From Candidatus Falkowbacteria bacterium (GTDB taxonomy: Bacteria > Patescibacteriota > Patescibacteriia > Patescibacteriales > UBA12075), in assembly GCA_043801965.1 (NCBI GenBank), contig JAZDLN010000028.1:22288-86287 (forward strand): a stretch of DNA of 64,000 nucleotides, in the 5' to 3' direction. This document shows, in pieces, positions 8,913 to 19,057 of this stretch. How positions within the stretch are numbered: the stretch's first letter is position 1; every line of letters begins with the position of its first letter. The notes under the pieces are model-generated. The model had not been told where the DNA came from, ran no database searches, and worked only from the letters and a program-made list of their open reading frames with translations. The position numbers and the translations under genes were made by a program.

Positions 8913-9689
8913 ATGCTTAATCCTAAAATAAAGATCAATAAGCGGGACGCTTTGAAGAAATTGACCAAGATCCCCGGGCTATTGACGCGATTCGGCTATG
9001 GAAAAATCGGTGATCTCGCCCAAACGGTAAGCGACAACGGTTATTACAAAGAACGCGTCAAGGCTTACGAGAAGGAACACGGCCTGGACCGGCAGATGAT
9101 AAAAAAGATCGAAGAGGGCTTGGGAGAAACGGAAAAAGACCGGTCCCAGATAAGCCGGGAATATAAATGGGTGCGGAACAAGGTTGACGGTTACATAAAC
9201 CCCACGATCGACCAGAAAATCGTTGAGTCGATCAAAGAGGGGAAAAGCAGCATCAAGCAGATAATCAATCAGGCGAAGCGCGATCAGGCGATATACCATC
9301 GTCGCCTTAAGGCGGGTCATAAAGATTACGCCCGGAATCTTCAAAAGGGACGATTCGCCATAATGGCGGAGCGGAAAGCGAGCGCCCTGGATAAGGCTTT
9401 GACGAGCGGCACCGGAGAGATCCAGAGACGTAAAGCCCTGGGCTTGTCTTATGGCGGCGGAGGTGTTTCCGCTTTGAGCGGGGACCCTGAAAAAACCGCC
9501 TCTTTAACGACGCAGGGGGGTTCCGCGACGGCGGTCAATACCGAAGCCCACGGAGTCGCGGCGGCTATCGGTTCGAAACAGGAAAAGACGAGGGGGAATC
9601 CGGGAAGTATGCCCAGTCCTTTAGGCGGCAAACTATCGCCCTTCGCCGGCGGCGGTGTTCCTCCGATCGGCTTTTCGAAGAAATTTTAG
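8913..9689 (+). CDS. Hypothetical protein, basic N-terminal part and Gly/Ala/Ser-rich tail
   Basis: Long ORF 19 nt after the permease. No recognisable motif. Confidence 0.5.
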   Translation: MLNPKIKINKRDALKKLTKIPGLLTRFGYGKIGDLAQTVSDNGYYKERVKAYEKEHGLDRQMIKKIEEGLGETEKDRSQISREYKWVRNKVDGYINPTIDQKIVESIKEGKSSIKQIINQAKRDQAIYHRRLKAGHKDYARNLQKGRFAIMAERKASALDKALTSGTGEIQRRKALGLSYGGGGVSALSGDPEKTASLTTQGGSATAVNTEAHGVAAAIGSKQEKTRGNPGSMPSPLGGKLSPFAGGGVPPIGFSKKF

Positions 9690-9745
9690 CCGAATAATTT
9701 TTTATAGCGGCCTGGATCATTATTCGTGTTCATGCCGGATAACAT

Positions 9746-10579
9746 ATGATAAGATTAAAAACCAAAGCGGAGATCGGAATATTAAGAGAGGGGGGCAAGA
9801 AGCTGGCCTCCGTTTTAAATATTGTGGCGAAAAAAGCCGTACCGGGAGCGACCACGGTAGAGCTTGAGGATTTAGCCTGCGCTTTGATCGAAAAAGCCGG
9901 CGGCCGTCCGGCCTTCAAGGATCTGCCCATGGGGAACGGCGATATTTTTCCGACCGCTTTATGCACGTCGATCAACGACGAGATCGTGCACGCCCCGGCA
10001 AAGCCCGGGCGCGTCCTTAAATCCGGAGATATCATCGGGATCGATATCGGCATGGAATATCCCGTCCGCGCCGGCGTTTCGGCTGAGCGGAATCGGCCGC
10101 GCAATAAGTATTCGCCCCGGGGCGGATATTTTACGGATATGGCCGTAACTGTCATGGTGGGACCGGTCGATAAAAAAGCCAAGCTGCTCGTCGAGACGAC
10201 CGAAGCGGCCCTGTTTTTGGGTATTAAAACAGTCAAGCCGGGAAGCACTTTAGACGATATCGGCCGGGTCATCCAGGGTTTCGTGGAAAAAAGGGGATTT
10301 TCCGTGGTGCGCGAATTGGTCGGCCACGGGGTGGGCCACAAGATCCATGAAGATCCGCAGGTGCCGCATTACGCCATAATCGACAATAGCGTCAAAAACG
10401 TGGTTTTAAAATCCGGGATGGTCATAGCGATCGAACCGATGATCAATACCGGCACGTGGAAAGTCAGACTCGGGGAAGACGACCTTACCTATTTGACGGC
10501 CGATGGCGGACTATCCGCCCAGTTCGAGCATACGGTCGCTGTTACCGATACGGGATACGAAATATTGACCGCTTTATAA
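9746..10579 (+). CDS. map: Type I methionine aminopeptidase
   Basis: SINDEIVHAPA, DIIGIDIG, LVGHGVGHKIHEDPQVPHY, IEPMIN and FEHTVAVT are the metal-ligand motifs of MAP. It carries an extra roughly 20-aa basic insert (VRAGVSAERNRPRNKYSPRGG). Confidence 0.92.
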   Translation: MIRLKTKAEIGILREGGKKLASVLNIVAKKAVPGATTVELEDLACALIEKAGGRPAFKDLPMGNGDIFPTALCTSINDEIVHAPAKPGRVLKSGDIIGIDIGMEYPVRAGVSAERNRPRNKYSPRGGYFTDMAVTVMVGPVDKKAKLLVETTEAALFLGIKTVKPGSTLDDIGRVIQGFVEKRGFSVVRELVGHGVGHKIHEDPQVPHYAIIDNSVKNVVLKSGMVIAIEPMINTGTWKVRLGEDDLTYLTADGGLSAQFEHTVAVTDTGYEILTAL

Positions 10580-10583
10580 CATT

Positions 10584-11006
10584 ATGAGCATTGATAAAAA
10601 AACAAGAAGATATTTAGGCGTTGATTGGGGAGAAAAGAGGATCGGGCTGGCGCTGGGGGATGACGAAACCGGGATAGCGACGCCTTTGGGGGTAGTCGAT
10701 TCGGTCGCCGGTGTTTTGGATTTGACGAAAGAAGAGGAAATAGATAAGATCATAATCGGGCTTCCGGTCAAGATGTCGGGCGCGAAGAACGAAACTTCGC
10801 CCGCTTTCGATAAATTCGTAAAATATTTGCGGGATAATTCCGGCATTCCGGTCGAATTCATGGATGAGAGGCTGACGAGCAAGGCCGCGGACGCGCTTTT
10901 AAAAAGGGGAGCAAACCCGCTTTCGCCAAGGCTACGGCGGGCGGGGGCCGCGCGCGATTCTATCGCGGCCATGCTTATCCTCCAGGCTTATCTGGATAAA
11001 TCTTAA
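10584..11006 (+). CDS. ruvX: YqgF/RuvX putative pre-16S rRNA nuclease / Holliday junction resolvase-like
   Basis: YLGVDWGEKRIGLALGDDETGIATPLG N-terminus and DERLTSKAA motif. Confidence 0.88.
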   Translation: MSIDKKTRRYLGVDWGEKRIGLALGDDETGIATPLGVVDSVAGVLDLTKEEEIDKIIIGLPVKMSGAKNETSPAFDKFVKYLRDNSGIPVEFMDERLTSKAADALLKRGANPLSPRLRRAGAARDSIAAMLILQAYLDKS

Positions 11007-11020
11007 TCCCGTTTACCGTC

Positions 11021-11749
11021 ATGGAAGAAACTTACGCCACTCGAGCCATAATTTTAAGACGGGAACCGTTCCGGGAACGCGACAGCCGAATCGTCGTACT
11101 CTCTCCCGACCGGGGGAAGCTTGAGCTTATCGTCCGCGGCACCAAGAACTTAAAATCGAAAATGGCCGGCCATATCGAGCCGGTAAGTCTGGTAAATTTC
11201 ATGGTGGTGCGCGGACGGATTTGCGATTACGCCGGGAACGCGATAAACGAAAAAAGCTACGCGGGGATAAAAAACGATCTATCCAGGCTTATTTGGGTCG
11301 GAAAATCCTTAAATTTTTTAGAAAGAGCCATAAAGCCGAACGAAACCGTCGACGCTGATCGTTTTTTCGCGCTTCTGGGCGACTATCTGGAAATAGTCGA
11401 TCGCGGCCTAAAGCCGGAAAATTACGATATCTTCCATAATTTTTTTCTGCTTAAATCGCTCTCGCTTTTAGGATACGCTCCGGAATTATATAATTGCTTT
11501 CGCTGCCGCGGAAAGATACTGCCGCAAGGGAATTATTTTAAGCCCGCTTATGGGGGCATCGGCTGCGGCCATTGCCGGGAAGAGCGCGGCCGGGAAGATC
11601 CGGCGATTTCCGACAACTGCGTTAAAGTCTTAAGATCGGTCCTGAAAGACGGATTAAGCCGTTTGGCCAAATTTAAAATCGACAATGATCTGGGAAAGGA
11701 AATAACCAATATTATCGGTTCGTTTAAAAAATATCACGCGGATTTCTAA
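11021..11749 (+). CDS. recO: DNA repair protein RecO
   Basis: The OB-fold N-terminus (RAIILRREPFRERDSRIVVLSPDRGKLELIVRG) and the C-terminal CxxC...CxxC zinc motif (CFRCRG...CGHCRE) are typical of RecO. Confidence 0.88.
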   Translation: MEETYATRAIILRREPFRERDSRIVVLSPDRGKLELIVRGTKNLKSKMAGHIEPVSLVNFMVVRGRICDYAGNAINEKSYAGIKNDLSRLIWVGKSLNFLERAIKPNETVDADRFFALLGDYLEIVDRGLKPENYDIFHNFFLLKSLSLLGYAPELYNCFRCRGKILPQGNYFKPAYGGIGCGHCREERGREDPAISDNCVKVLRSVLKDGLSRLAKFKIDNDLGKEITNIIGSFKKYHADF

Positions 11750-11779
11750 AAGTTCTGCCGCGGAAAACCGGAGGGCGCG

Positions 11780-11986
11780 ATGTTAAAAGCAGTAGTGATT
11801 TTTTTTGTCTTTTTTGGTTTTTTAATTTGGTTTTTTTCGAGGAGTCGGTCTTGTCCGGCCTGCAAAACGACCGATATTGATGTCGATGTCGAAAGATGTT
11901 TCGGACTTCCTATGCGCGAGATCCATACCTGCGAAAAATGCGGTTACCAATGGAAAAAGAATATTCGCGGGGAACGTAATTTTTAA
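11780..11986 (+). CDS. Small membrane-anchored zinc-ribbon protein (68 aa)
   Basis: One N-terminal TM (VVIFFVFFGFLIWFF) followed by CPAC...CEKC. Confidence 0.5.
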   Translation: MLKAVVIFFVFFGFLIWFFSRSRSCPACKTTDIDVDVERCFGLPMREIHTCEKCGYQWKKNIRGERNF

Positions 11987-12121
11987 ACGCCGCCTAACGC
12001 GGGAAAGCCTCAGGCATTTAAGCCGGGGTTTTTTATTTATCGGTATTTCTTAATATTTAGCTAATATTAAATAATATATTGGAATTAAGAATGATGGGAG
12101 AATTTGAATTTAATGATCAAT

Positions 12122-12150
12122 TTGACATTTTTCTTTATTTTGGATAATAT
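12122..12150 (+). promoter_or_regulatory. Putative sigma70-type promoter of the aspS leader
   Basis: TTGACA (12122-12127), 17-nt spacer, TAATAT (12145-12150). Confidence 0.45.
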
Positions 12151-12156
12151 TATTTA

Positions 12157-12341
12157 TAACAGCCGACAAACGCAAAGCCAGATGATCCCGATCGTGACAG
12201 CCGGGTGATGGCCATAAAATCAACATTAAAGAGGTTTCGGGGAAGCGTTCGCTTACCCGGGACAAACGGGGTGGCACCGCGGATCACAAAATTCGTCCCT
12301 GAATATCAATCATGTTTTGGTATTTAGAGACGAATTTTTTT
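12157..12341 (+). promoter_or_regulatory. T-box riboswitch leader (probable Asp specifier) with terminator
   Basis: T-box core ACGGGGUGGCACCGCGG at 12266-12282. Then the ...TTCGTCCCT 5' arm of a 10-bp terminator (AAAATTCGTC / GACGAATTTT, 12288-12338) plus a T-run. Candidate specifier GAC at 12196-12198 followed by A. Directly upstream of aspS. Confidence 0.8.
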
Positions 12342-12357
12342 ATTAATTTTTTTAAAA

Positions 12358-12396
12358 GCTCCATGTTTCATGTTTCATGTTTCATGTTTCATGTTG
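12358..12396 (+). repeat. (CATGTTT)x5 heptamer array, left arm of a 6.5-kb-spaced inverted repeat
   Basis: GCTC CATGTTT CATGTTT CATGTTT CATGTTT CATGTTG read directly. Its reverse complement recurs at 18884-18920. Confidence 0.9.
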
Positions 12397-12406
12397 CCTG
12401 AATTAT

Positions 12407-14176
12407 ATGTTACGTACGCATACTTGCGGAGAACTTACTAAAAATAACAGTGGCGAAACCGTGACGCTTTGCGGCTGGGTACACCGGCGGCGGGACCACG
12501 GCGGGGTGATCTTTATCGACCTTAGGGACCGGTACGGGCTTACCCAGGTAAAATTCGACCCGGAAAAAGACAGAAAAGCCCATAGCGAGGCCGAGGGACT
12601 CCGGAGCGAATGGGTAATCGCGGTCAAGGGCAAAGTCGCCCCGCGGCCCGGCGACATGATCAATCCGAAGATGAAGACCGGAGAGATCGAAATCGAAGCG
12701 GGCGAACTGTCGATCTTAAACCAATCGAAAACTCCGCCTTTCGAACTTGACGAGGAGAAGGCTAAAGAGGCCAACGAATCGGTCAGGCTCAAATACCGCT
12801 TCGTGGATTTAAGGCGCAATAAGCTTCAGGAGATCATGAAAAAAAGAGACGATGTGATCCGCTATATCCGTGAGTACTTCCATAAGAATGACTTTATCGA
12901 CGTCCAGACACCGATATTGGCGAATTCGTCCCCCGAGGGCGCGCGGGATTTTCTTGTGCCTTCCCGCCTGCATCCCGGAAAATTTTTCGCCCTGCCCCAG
13001 GCCCCGCAGCAGTTCAAGCAGCTTCTGATGGTCGGCGGCCTTGACCGGTATTTCCAGATCGCGCCCTGCTTCCGGGACGAGGATCCGCGGGCCGACCGGC
13101 ACCCGGGCGATTTTTACCAGGTCGACATGGAAATGAGCTTTGTGACCCAGGAAGACGTCTGGAATATGTGCGAACCCCTGATGATCGAGTTGACCGAAAA
13201 ATTCTCGGGCAAGGAGGTTATTACCAAGCCGTTTCCGCGGACACCCTGGCATGTGGCCATGGAAAAATACGGAGTGGATAAGCCGGATCTGCGCTTCGGT
13301 CTGGAAATAAAACCGATTACGGATATGGTCAAAGATTGCGGCTTCGGTGTTTTTGCCGATACGGTCAAAGCGGGCGGCGTGGTGCACGCTCTAAAAGTGG
13401 ACGGCGGCGGCCGGTTTACAAGAAAAGAGATTGATGAATTAACCGAGCTCGCGAAAAATAAAGGCGCCAAGGGTCTCGCTTATATCCAGGTCAAAGACGA
13501 TAAGCTGCAATCTCCGATCGTAAAGTTTCTGGGCGAAGAAGCGGCAAGGGGCATCATGGCCGAGGTCGGAGCCGTAGCGGGCGATATCGTTTTTTTCGGC
13601 GCGGACAAATGGCGCGTAGTTTGCGAATCCCTGGGCGCCGTCAGGAATAAATGCGGCGAATGGCTCGGCCTTAAGGACGCGACCAAAGCCGCCTGGGCCT
13701 GGATCGTGGATTTTCCGATGTACGATTATTCGGAACTGGAAGAAGGCCGGATAGATTTTTCCCACAATCCTTTTTCCATGCCCCAGGGCGGATTGGAAAC
13801 TTTGGACACTAAAAACCCTCTCGATATATTGGCTTATCAATACGACCTGGTCTGCAACGGCTACGAGATCTCTTCCGGCGCGATCCGGAACCATGATCCC
13901 GAGATCATGTACAGGGCTTTCGCCATCGCCGGTTACGAAAAGAAGCAAGTGGACGAAAAGTTCGGCGCTATGATCGAGGCTTTTAAATTCGGCGCCCCGC
14001 CCCACGGCGGCATGGCCCCCGGCCTTGACCGGCTCCTTATGATCTTCTTTGATCTGGACAATATCCGCGATATCTACGCTTTCCCTAAGGACGGACAGTG
14101 CCGCGACCTTATGATGAATTCCCCGGCGGCCGTGGATGAGAAGCAGCTCAGAGAATTAAAAATAAAAATAGTCTAA
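12407..14176 (+). CDS. aspS: Aspartyl-tRNA synthetase
   Basis: MLRTHTCGELT start and class-II motifs (FQIAPCFRDED, GGMAPGLDRL). Track start 12377 lies inside the heptamer array; ATG 12407 gives the canonical N-terminus. Confidence 0.95.
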   Translation: MLRTHTCGELTKNNSGETVTLCGWVHRRRDHGGVIFIDLRDRYGLTQVKFDPEKDRKAHSEAEGLRSEWVIAVKGKVAPRPGDMINPKMKTGEIEIEAGELSILNQSKTPPFELDEEKAKEANESVRLKYRFVDLRRNKLQEIMKKRDDVIRYIREYFHKNDFIDVQTPILANSSPEGARDFLVPSRLHPGKFFALPQAPQQFKQLLMVGGLDRYFQIAPCFRDEDPRADRHPGDFYQVDMEMSFVTQEDVWNMCEPLMIELTEKFSGKEVITKPFPRTPWHVAMEKYGVDKPDLRFGLEIKPITDMVKDCGFGVFADTVKAGGVVHALKVDGGGRFTRKEIDELTELAKNKGAKGLAYIQVKDDKLQSPIVKFLGEEAARGIMAEVGAVAGDIVFFGADKWRVVCESLGAVRNKCGEWLGLKDATKAAWAWIVDFPMYDYSELEEGRIDFSHNPFSMPQGGLETLDTKNPLDILAYQYDLVCNGYEISSGAIRNHDPEIMYRAFAIAGYEKKQVDEKFGAMIEAFKFGAPPHGGMAPGLDRLLMIFFDLDNIRDIYAFPKDGQCRDLMMNSPAAVDEKQLRELKIKIV

Positions 14177-14222
14177 AATTTTAGTTTTGCGCCGTAATTT
14201 GAAGATATGGAGATGGAGTAAA

Positions 14223-14250
14223 ATTATCAATTTTCAATTTTCAATTATCA
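14223..14250 (+). repeat. Heptamer array ATTATCA ATTTTCA ATTTTCA ATTATCA
   Basis: Read directly. An inverted partner array lies at 14410-14437. Confidence 0.85.
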
Positions 14251-14409
14251 ATCAATGATAAAATTTTTTAATTTTCAATTCTGACAAAGATGAGCGCGCT
14301 TTTTTGTCACAGTTAAAAATTTTTATTACTGCCGGTAATCGGTTAGTGATTGTTAGTTTACAAGTTGCTGTTTATACGGGAAATGAAAATTATAATATTG
14401 AAAATTCAT

Positions 14410-14437
14410 TGAAAATTGATAATTGTAAATTGAAAAT
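14410..14437 (+). repeat. Heptamer array TGAAAAT TGATAAT TGTAAAT TGAAAAT (inverse of ATT[A/T]TCA)
   Basis: Read directly. Further TGAAAAT copies occur at 14384 and 14399. Confidence 0.85.
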
Positions 14438-14465
14438 TAAGTTTATGTTTTTATAGCAAATAAAA

Positions 14466-14499
14466 AGGACTGCCTTACGGTAGTCCTGTTTTTGTTTTT
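14466..14499. terminator. Bidirectional terminator between convergent aspS and OFOR genes
   Basis: AGGACTGCC-TTAC-GGTAGTCCT (9 bp including one G-T pair), flanked by an A-run upstream and a T-run downstream. Confidence 0.65.
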
Positions 14500-15027
14500 T
14501 TATATCAGGTTTTGCCCTTGTTCGTATTGGCGTTTTGTTTCTTCAAGGGATGTTTTTTTGAAATTTTCTTTGATTATTTCCCAAAGACAATCTGATTTAA
14601 TTTGCGGGACGAGTTTTTGGAGCGCGCCCAGTACGACCAGGTTGGAAAACGGTTCGGTGACAAGCCCCTTGATCTCACGTTCTTTTTTGCAGATTCGGGG
14701 CAGGTTGCCGGGGCGATCTTCGTAGACGACGATGGTTCGCGGGGATAGCTTAGGGTATTCCCGGCCGTTTATGACCGGGAACAAGAGTTCCGCGGGCAAG
14801 GGGTCCGAGAGGATCAGGGCGACATCGGCCGTTTCCACCAGCGGGTAAGTCAGGGGGCGGTCGGATATGACCAGGGAAGAAACGATGTCGCCGCCGCGGG
14901 CCTGGGGCGTGTAGATCGAATAATCGGCCGGATAAAGGCCTTGTCTGGCGGCCGCTTTAGCGAGAATATCGCCGATCGTTTTTATGCCCTGGCCGCCGGT
15001 GCCGGTTATGAGTATCTGTTTTTTCAT
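14500..15027 (-). CDS. 2-oxoacid:ferredoxin oxidoreductase, gamma subunit
   Basis: MKKQILITGTGGQGIKTIGDILAKAAARQGLY is the typical POR/VOR/KOR gamma N-terminus. 4-nt overlap with the beta gene. Confidence 0.85.
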   Translation of the reverse strand: MKKQILITGTGGQGIKTIGDILAKAAARQGLYPADYSIYTPQARGGDIVSSLVISDRPLTYPLVETADVALILSDPLPAELLFPVINGREYPKLSPRTIVVYEDRPGNLPRICKKEREIKGLVTEPFSNLVVLGALQKLVPQIKSDCLWEIIKENFKKTSLEETKRQYEQGQNLI

Positions 15028-15875
15028 ATTGCCCCTCCGACAAGCGTCATGTATTCTCCCAGGCTGCTAAAAATACCGCAAAGCTGTTTTCCGGCTCTGT
15101 CCGCCAGCGGCGTTTTAGCCGCTTTAGACGCGGAAATATAGTTGGCGCTAAGATAGGCCTTGAGATCGGACACGGAATTGATCCGGTTTTTGCGGTTGAA
15201 ATGCGTGGCGCAGGGCGCGATCAATTCCACAAAAGAGAAGCCGCGGTGAGCGAGCGCTTGCTCGCAGACGGATACGACTCTTTGCGGCTGGCGCGTAAGC
15301 ACTATCTCCCGGGCGGCGAAACGAACGATGATTTTATCGCCGATCTTGCCGTTGCCGCCGGCGGCCAAGACGAGCGACATAAGGTCGAGCGGTTTTTCCG
15401 CGTGGCCGGAGGGGGTGGTTGAAGTGACCGCGCCGGTCGGAGTCGTGCCGCCGGCCTGTCCGCCGGTCATGCCGTAGACGAAATTATTGACGCAGAAGAC
15501 CGTGATATCAAGGTCGCGCCGAGCCGCGTGGATGAGATGATTCGTGCCGATCGTGGCCAGGTCGCCGTCCCCGCTTATCACTAAAACATTCAATTCCGGT
15601 TTAGCCAGTTTAACGCCGGTCGCGAAGGCGATCGGCCGGCCATGGGTCGTGTGCAGTGTATGGGTTTGCATGTACTGGTCGGGGATCCAGGCGGCGCAGC
15701 CGATGCCGCCGACCGCCACGGTCGTAGCCGGATCAGCGCCGGTTTTTTCCAGGGCCCGCGCCAGATAATTAAGAATCGTGCCGTAGCCGCAACCCGGGCA
15801 GAAGTCCGTCTGGCCCGGCCTTATCCACCGTTCGGGCGAGCGCTCGTTATTTTTACTCATGAGTTTCTCTCCCAT
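15024..15875 (-). CDS. 2-oxoacid:ferredoxin oxidoreductase, beta (TPP-binding) subunit
   Basis: FCPGCGYGTIL cysteine motif and the GDGD...N TPP-binding region (ISGDGDLATIGTNHLIHAARR). Confidence 0.88.
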   Translation of the reverse strand: MGEKLMSKNNERSPERWIRPGQTDFCPGCGYGTILNYLARALEKTGADPATTVAVGGIGCAAWIPDQYMQTHTLHTTHGRPIAFATGVKLAKPELNVLVISGDGDLATIGTNHLIHAARRDLDITVFCVNNFVYGMTGGQAGGTTPTGAVTSTTPSGHAEKPLDLMSLVLAAGGNGKIGDKIIVRFAAREIVLTRQPQRVVSVCEQALAHRGFSFVELIAPCATHFNRKNRINSVSDLKAYLSANYISASKAAKTPLADRAGKQLCGIFSSLGEYMTLVGGAI

Positions 15876-17233
15876 TCTTTGTCCAGAAAATAGTCAACTA
15901 TTCGCCGCGGCTCTATCGCCATGCCCGTATTCTGCGTGAGCGACAGCGCGGCCGGACAAACCTCGCGCACCAGGTGGATCAGCTGGCCCCGGTTCATTTC
16001 AATGACGTGCACTTGCGGATCATGAAATAAGGCTTTTTCCAGCTCAAGGTCGGGGAAGGGCGAGAGATATTTTATCGGGATCAGGGCGACCTTCTCGCCG
16101 TGCCGTGCCAGGCGCCGGACCGCTTCTTCCGCGGCGCGAACGACCGAACCGCAGGCGATTATCACGTGTTTTACGCTTTTCTTTATTTTCGGGGCGCGCC
16201 AGTTTATGTAAGTCCCGGCTTCCTGTATTTTTCTTATGATATTCTTCATCGCCAATTCTTCCATATCAGGATTCGAAGCGGCCCTGACGCCATTGTGGTC
16301 GTGGGTGGAGCCGGTGACATGCAGGATTTCCCGGCCGCCGAAGGGCGGCAGAGAAGCGGCGCGACGTCCGTTGTTAAGCGCCAGCCCGAAATGGCTTTCA
16401 TTCGGATCATAAGCCCGGTCATAAACCAGGTTTAATTCGGGTATATCAACGGTTTCTTTCAGATGGGCGATAATCTCGTCCAGGAGGATTATGACCGGCA
16501 CCCGGAACATTTCCGAGAGGTTAAAAGCTTCTATGGTCAGAGAGCGGCAATCCGCGATATCGACCGGGGCCAGGACGATCTTTCTGGCATCGCCGTGTCC
16601 GGACCAGATCGCCGGCATAATATCCCCCTGGGCCGGGCGGGTCGCCTGGCCGGTGGAAGGGCCGGCGCGCATCACGTCTACGATAACGCAGGGCGTTTCG
16701 GTCATGACGGCGAAGCTGATGTTTTCCTGCATGAGCGACAGGCCCGGACCGGAAGTGGCGGTCATGGCCTTTTTGCCGGTAAGCGCCGCGCCGATCACGG
16801 CCGCCAGGGAAGAGATTTCGTCTTCCATCTGGATAAAGCGGCCGTCGGGAAGATCATTTAGTCCAAGCAGTCCGTACATGATCTCCGAGGCCGGCGTGAT
16901 CGGATAGCCGGCGTAAAACCGGCAACCGGCGTCCAGGGCTTCCAGAGCGATAGTATCATTCCCTGACAAAAGATGCCGGCCGGGTTTTTGCGTTTGGACT
17001 TTATTCCAGCCGCCGCTTCCCTGGCCGCTCGCGGTTTCCGGAACGGCCGTTTCCGTCTGGCTTTCGCTTAAAATAATCGCTCTTTCCGGGCAGATTACGT
17101 CGCACAAGCCGCAACTCCGGCACGCGGACGGATTTTGCAGTTCGCCGTTCGGGCCGAAAACATCGGTCGGGCAGACGCTGGCGCAGTAGCCGCATTTTTT
17201 GCATAATTCGCGCTTAATCGAGATTCTTTCCAT
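15857..17233 (-). CDS. 2-oxoacid:ferredoxin oxidoreductase, fused delta (2x[4Fe-4S] ferredoxin) + alpha subunit
   Basis: N-terminal CKKCGYCASVCP and CRSCGLCDVICP motifs. After a linker, the alpha core GNDTIALEALDAGCRFYAGYPITPASEIM. Confidence 0.85.
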   Translation of the reverse strand: MERISIKRELCKKCGYCASVCPTDVFGPNGELQNPSACRSCGLCDVICPERAIILSESQTETAVPETASGQGSGGWNKVQTQKPGRHLLSGNDTIALEALDAGCRFYAGYPITPASEIMYGLLGLNDLPDGRFIQMEDEISSLAAVIGAALTGKKAMTATSGPGLSLMQENISFAVMTETPCVIVDVMRAGPSTGQATRPAQGDIMPAIWSGHGDARKIVLAPVDIADCRSLTIEAFNLSEMFRVPVIILLDEIIAHLKETVDIPELNLVYDRAYDPNESHFGLALNNGRRAASLPPFGGREILHVTGSTHDHNGVRAASNPDMEELAMKNIIRKIQEAGTYINWRAPKIKKSVKHVIIACGSVVRAAEEAVRRLARHGEKVALIPIKYLSPFPDLELEKALFHDPQVHVIEMNRGQLIHLVREVCPAALSLTQNTGMAIEPRRIVDYFLDKEWERNS

Positions 17234-17491
17234 TTCCTCTATCCTTTCCGATATGTTCTTTCGAAATTATTAAATTGTCAAAATTCTATTTTTGCTTATA
17301 TTACCAGAATATTATTTTTTTGACAAGAACTTTTAGCAAATTTTTCCGTTGTCTTCTTTACTTGAATTAAATATGGATATTTGCTAATATTAAGATAATG
17401 CAATCATAATTTCGCGAGCGCGCGTTAATTATGATGGTAATTAGGAGGAATAGCCGGTATAATAAAATTATAAAATAGGTAAGACAATAAT

Positions 17492-18883
<1,392 letters not shown>

Positions 18884-18920
18884 TCATGAAACATGAAACA
18901 CGTAACATGAAACTTGGAGC
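18884..18920 (+). repeat. (ATGAAAC)n array, right arm of the inverted repeat paired with 12358-12396
   Basis: TC ATGAAAC ATGAAAC ACGTAAC ATGAAAC TTGGAGC. Hand alignment to the reverse complement of the left arm gives about 3 mismatches over about 35 nt, including the flanking GGAGC. Confidence 0.85.
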
Positions 18921-19057
18921 ATAACAAGAACGTTTTTTTCTGTCATTTCGACGACCCGCGGGAGGAGAAATCTTCAATACTTTGTTTTTATTCCAATATT
19001 AACCGCTGGCCAGATTAAAGCTTGGGCATCGCTTATTAATCGTTAATTTTTAAATTT

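Noticed and set aside
12377-12406. Track start codon of aspS at 12377, inside the CATGTTT array
   Set aside because: It is in frame, but it adds MFHVSCCLNY, encoded by the repeat itself. ATG 12407 yields the canonical MLRTHTCGEL AspRS N-terminus.
12809-14005. Several 118-192-aa antisense ORFs inside aspS. Similar antisense or off-frame ORFs occur inside secY, the OFOR genes, kbl, gcvT, ald, the AAA-Lon gene and others in the track.
   Set aside because: All overlap confidently assigned genes on the other strand or frame and show no recognisable motifs. I treat them as spurious.
12358-14437. Heptamer arrays as a possible CRISPR array or CRISPR remnant
   Set aside because: The units are 7 nt and contiguous, with no spacers of 25-40 nt. 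No cas genes are in the window.
17234-17491. Possible T-box or other riboswitch in the asnS leader
   Set aside because: It contains promoter-like boxes in both directions and an ATCATAATT...AATTATGAT hairpin, but no T-box core (GGUGGNACCGCG) or other motif I recognise.
18941-18975. TGTCATTTCGACGACCCGCGGGAGGAGAAATCTTC as a further copy of the GC-rich hairpin elements seen at 38170 and 38252
   Set aside because: It is stylistically similar (GTCAT followed by a GC-rich palindrome), but I could not align it convincingly or fold more than a short CCCGCGGG palindrome. Left unannotated.
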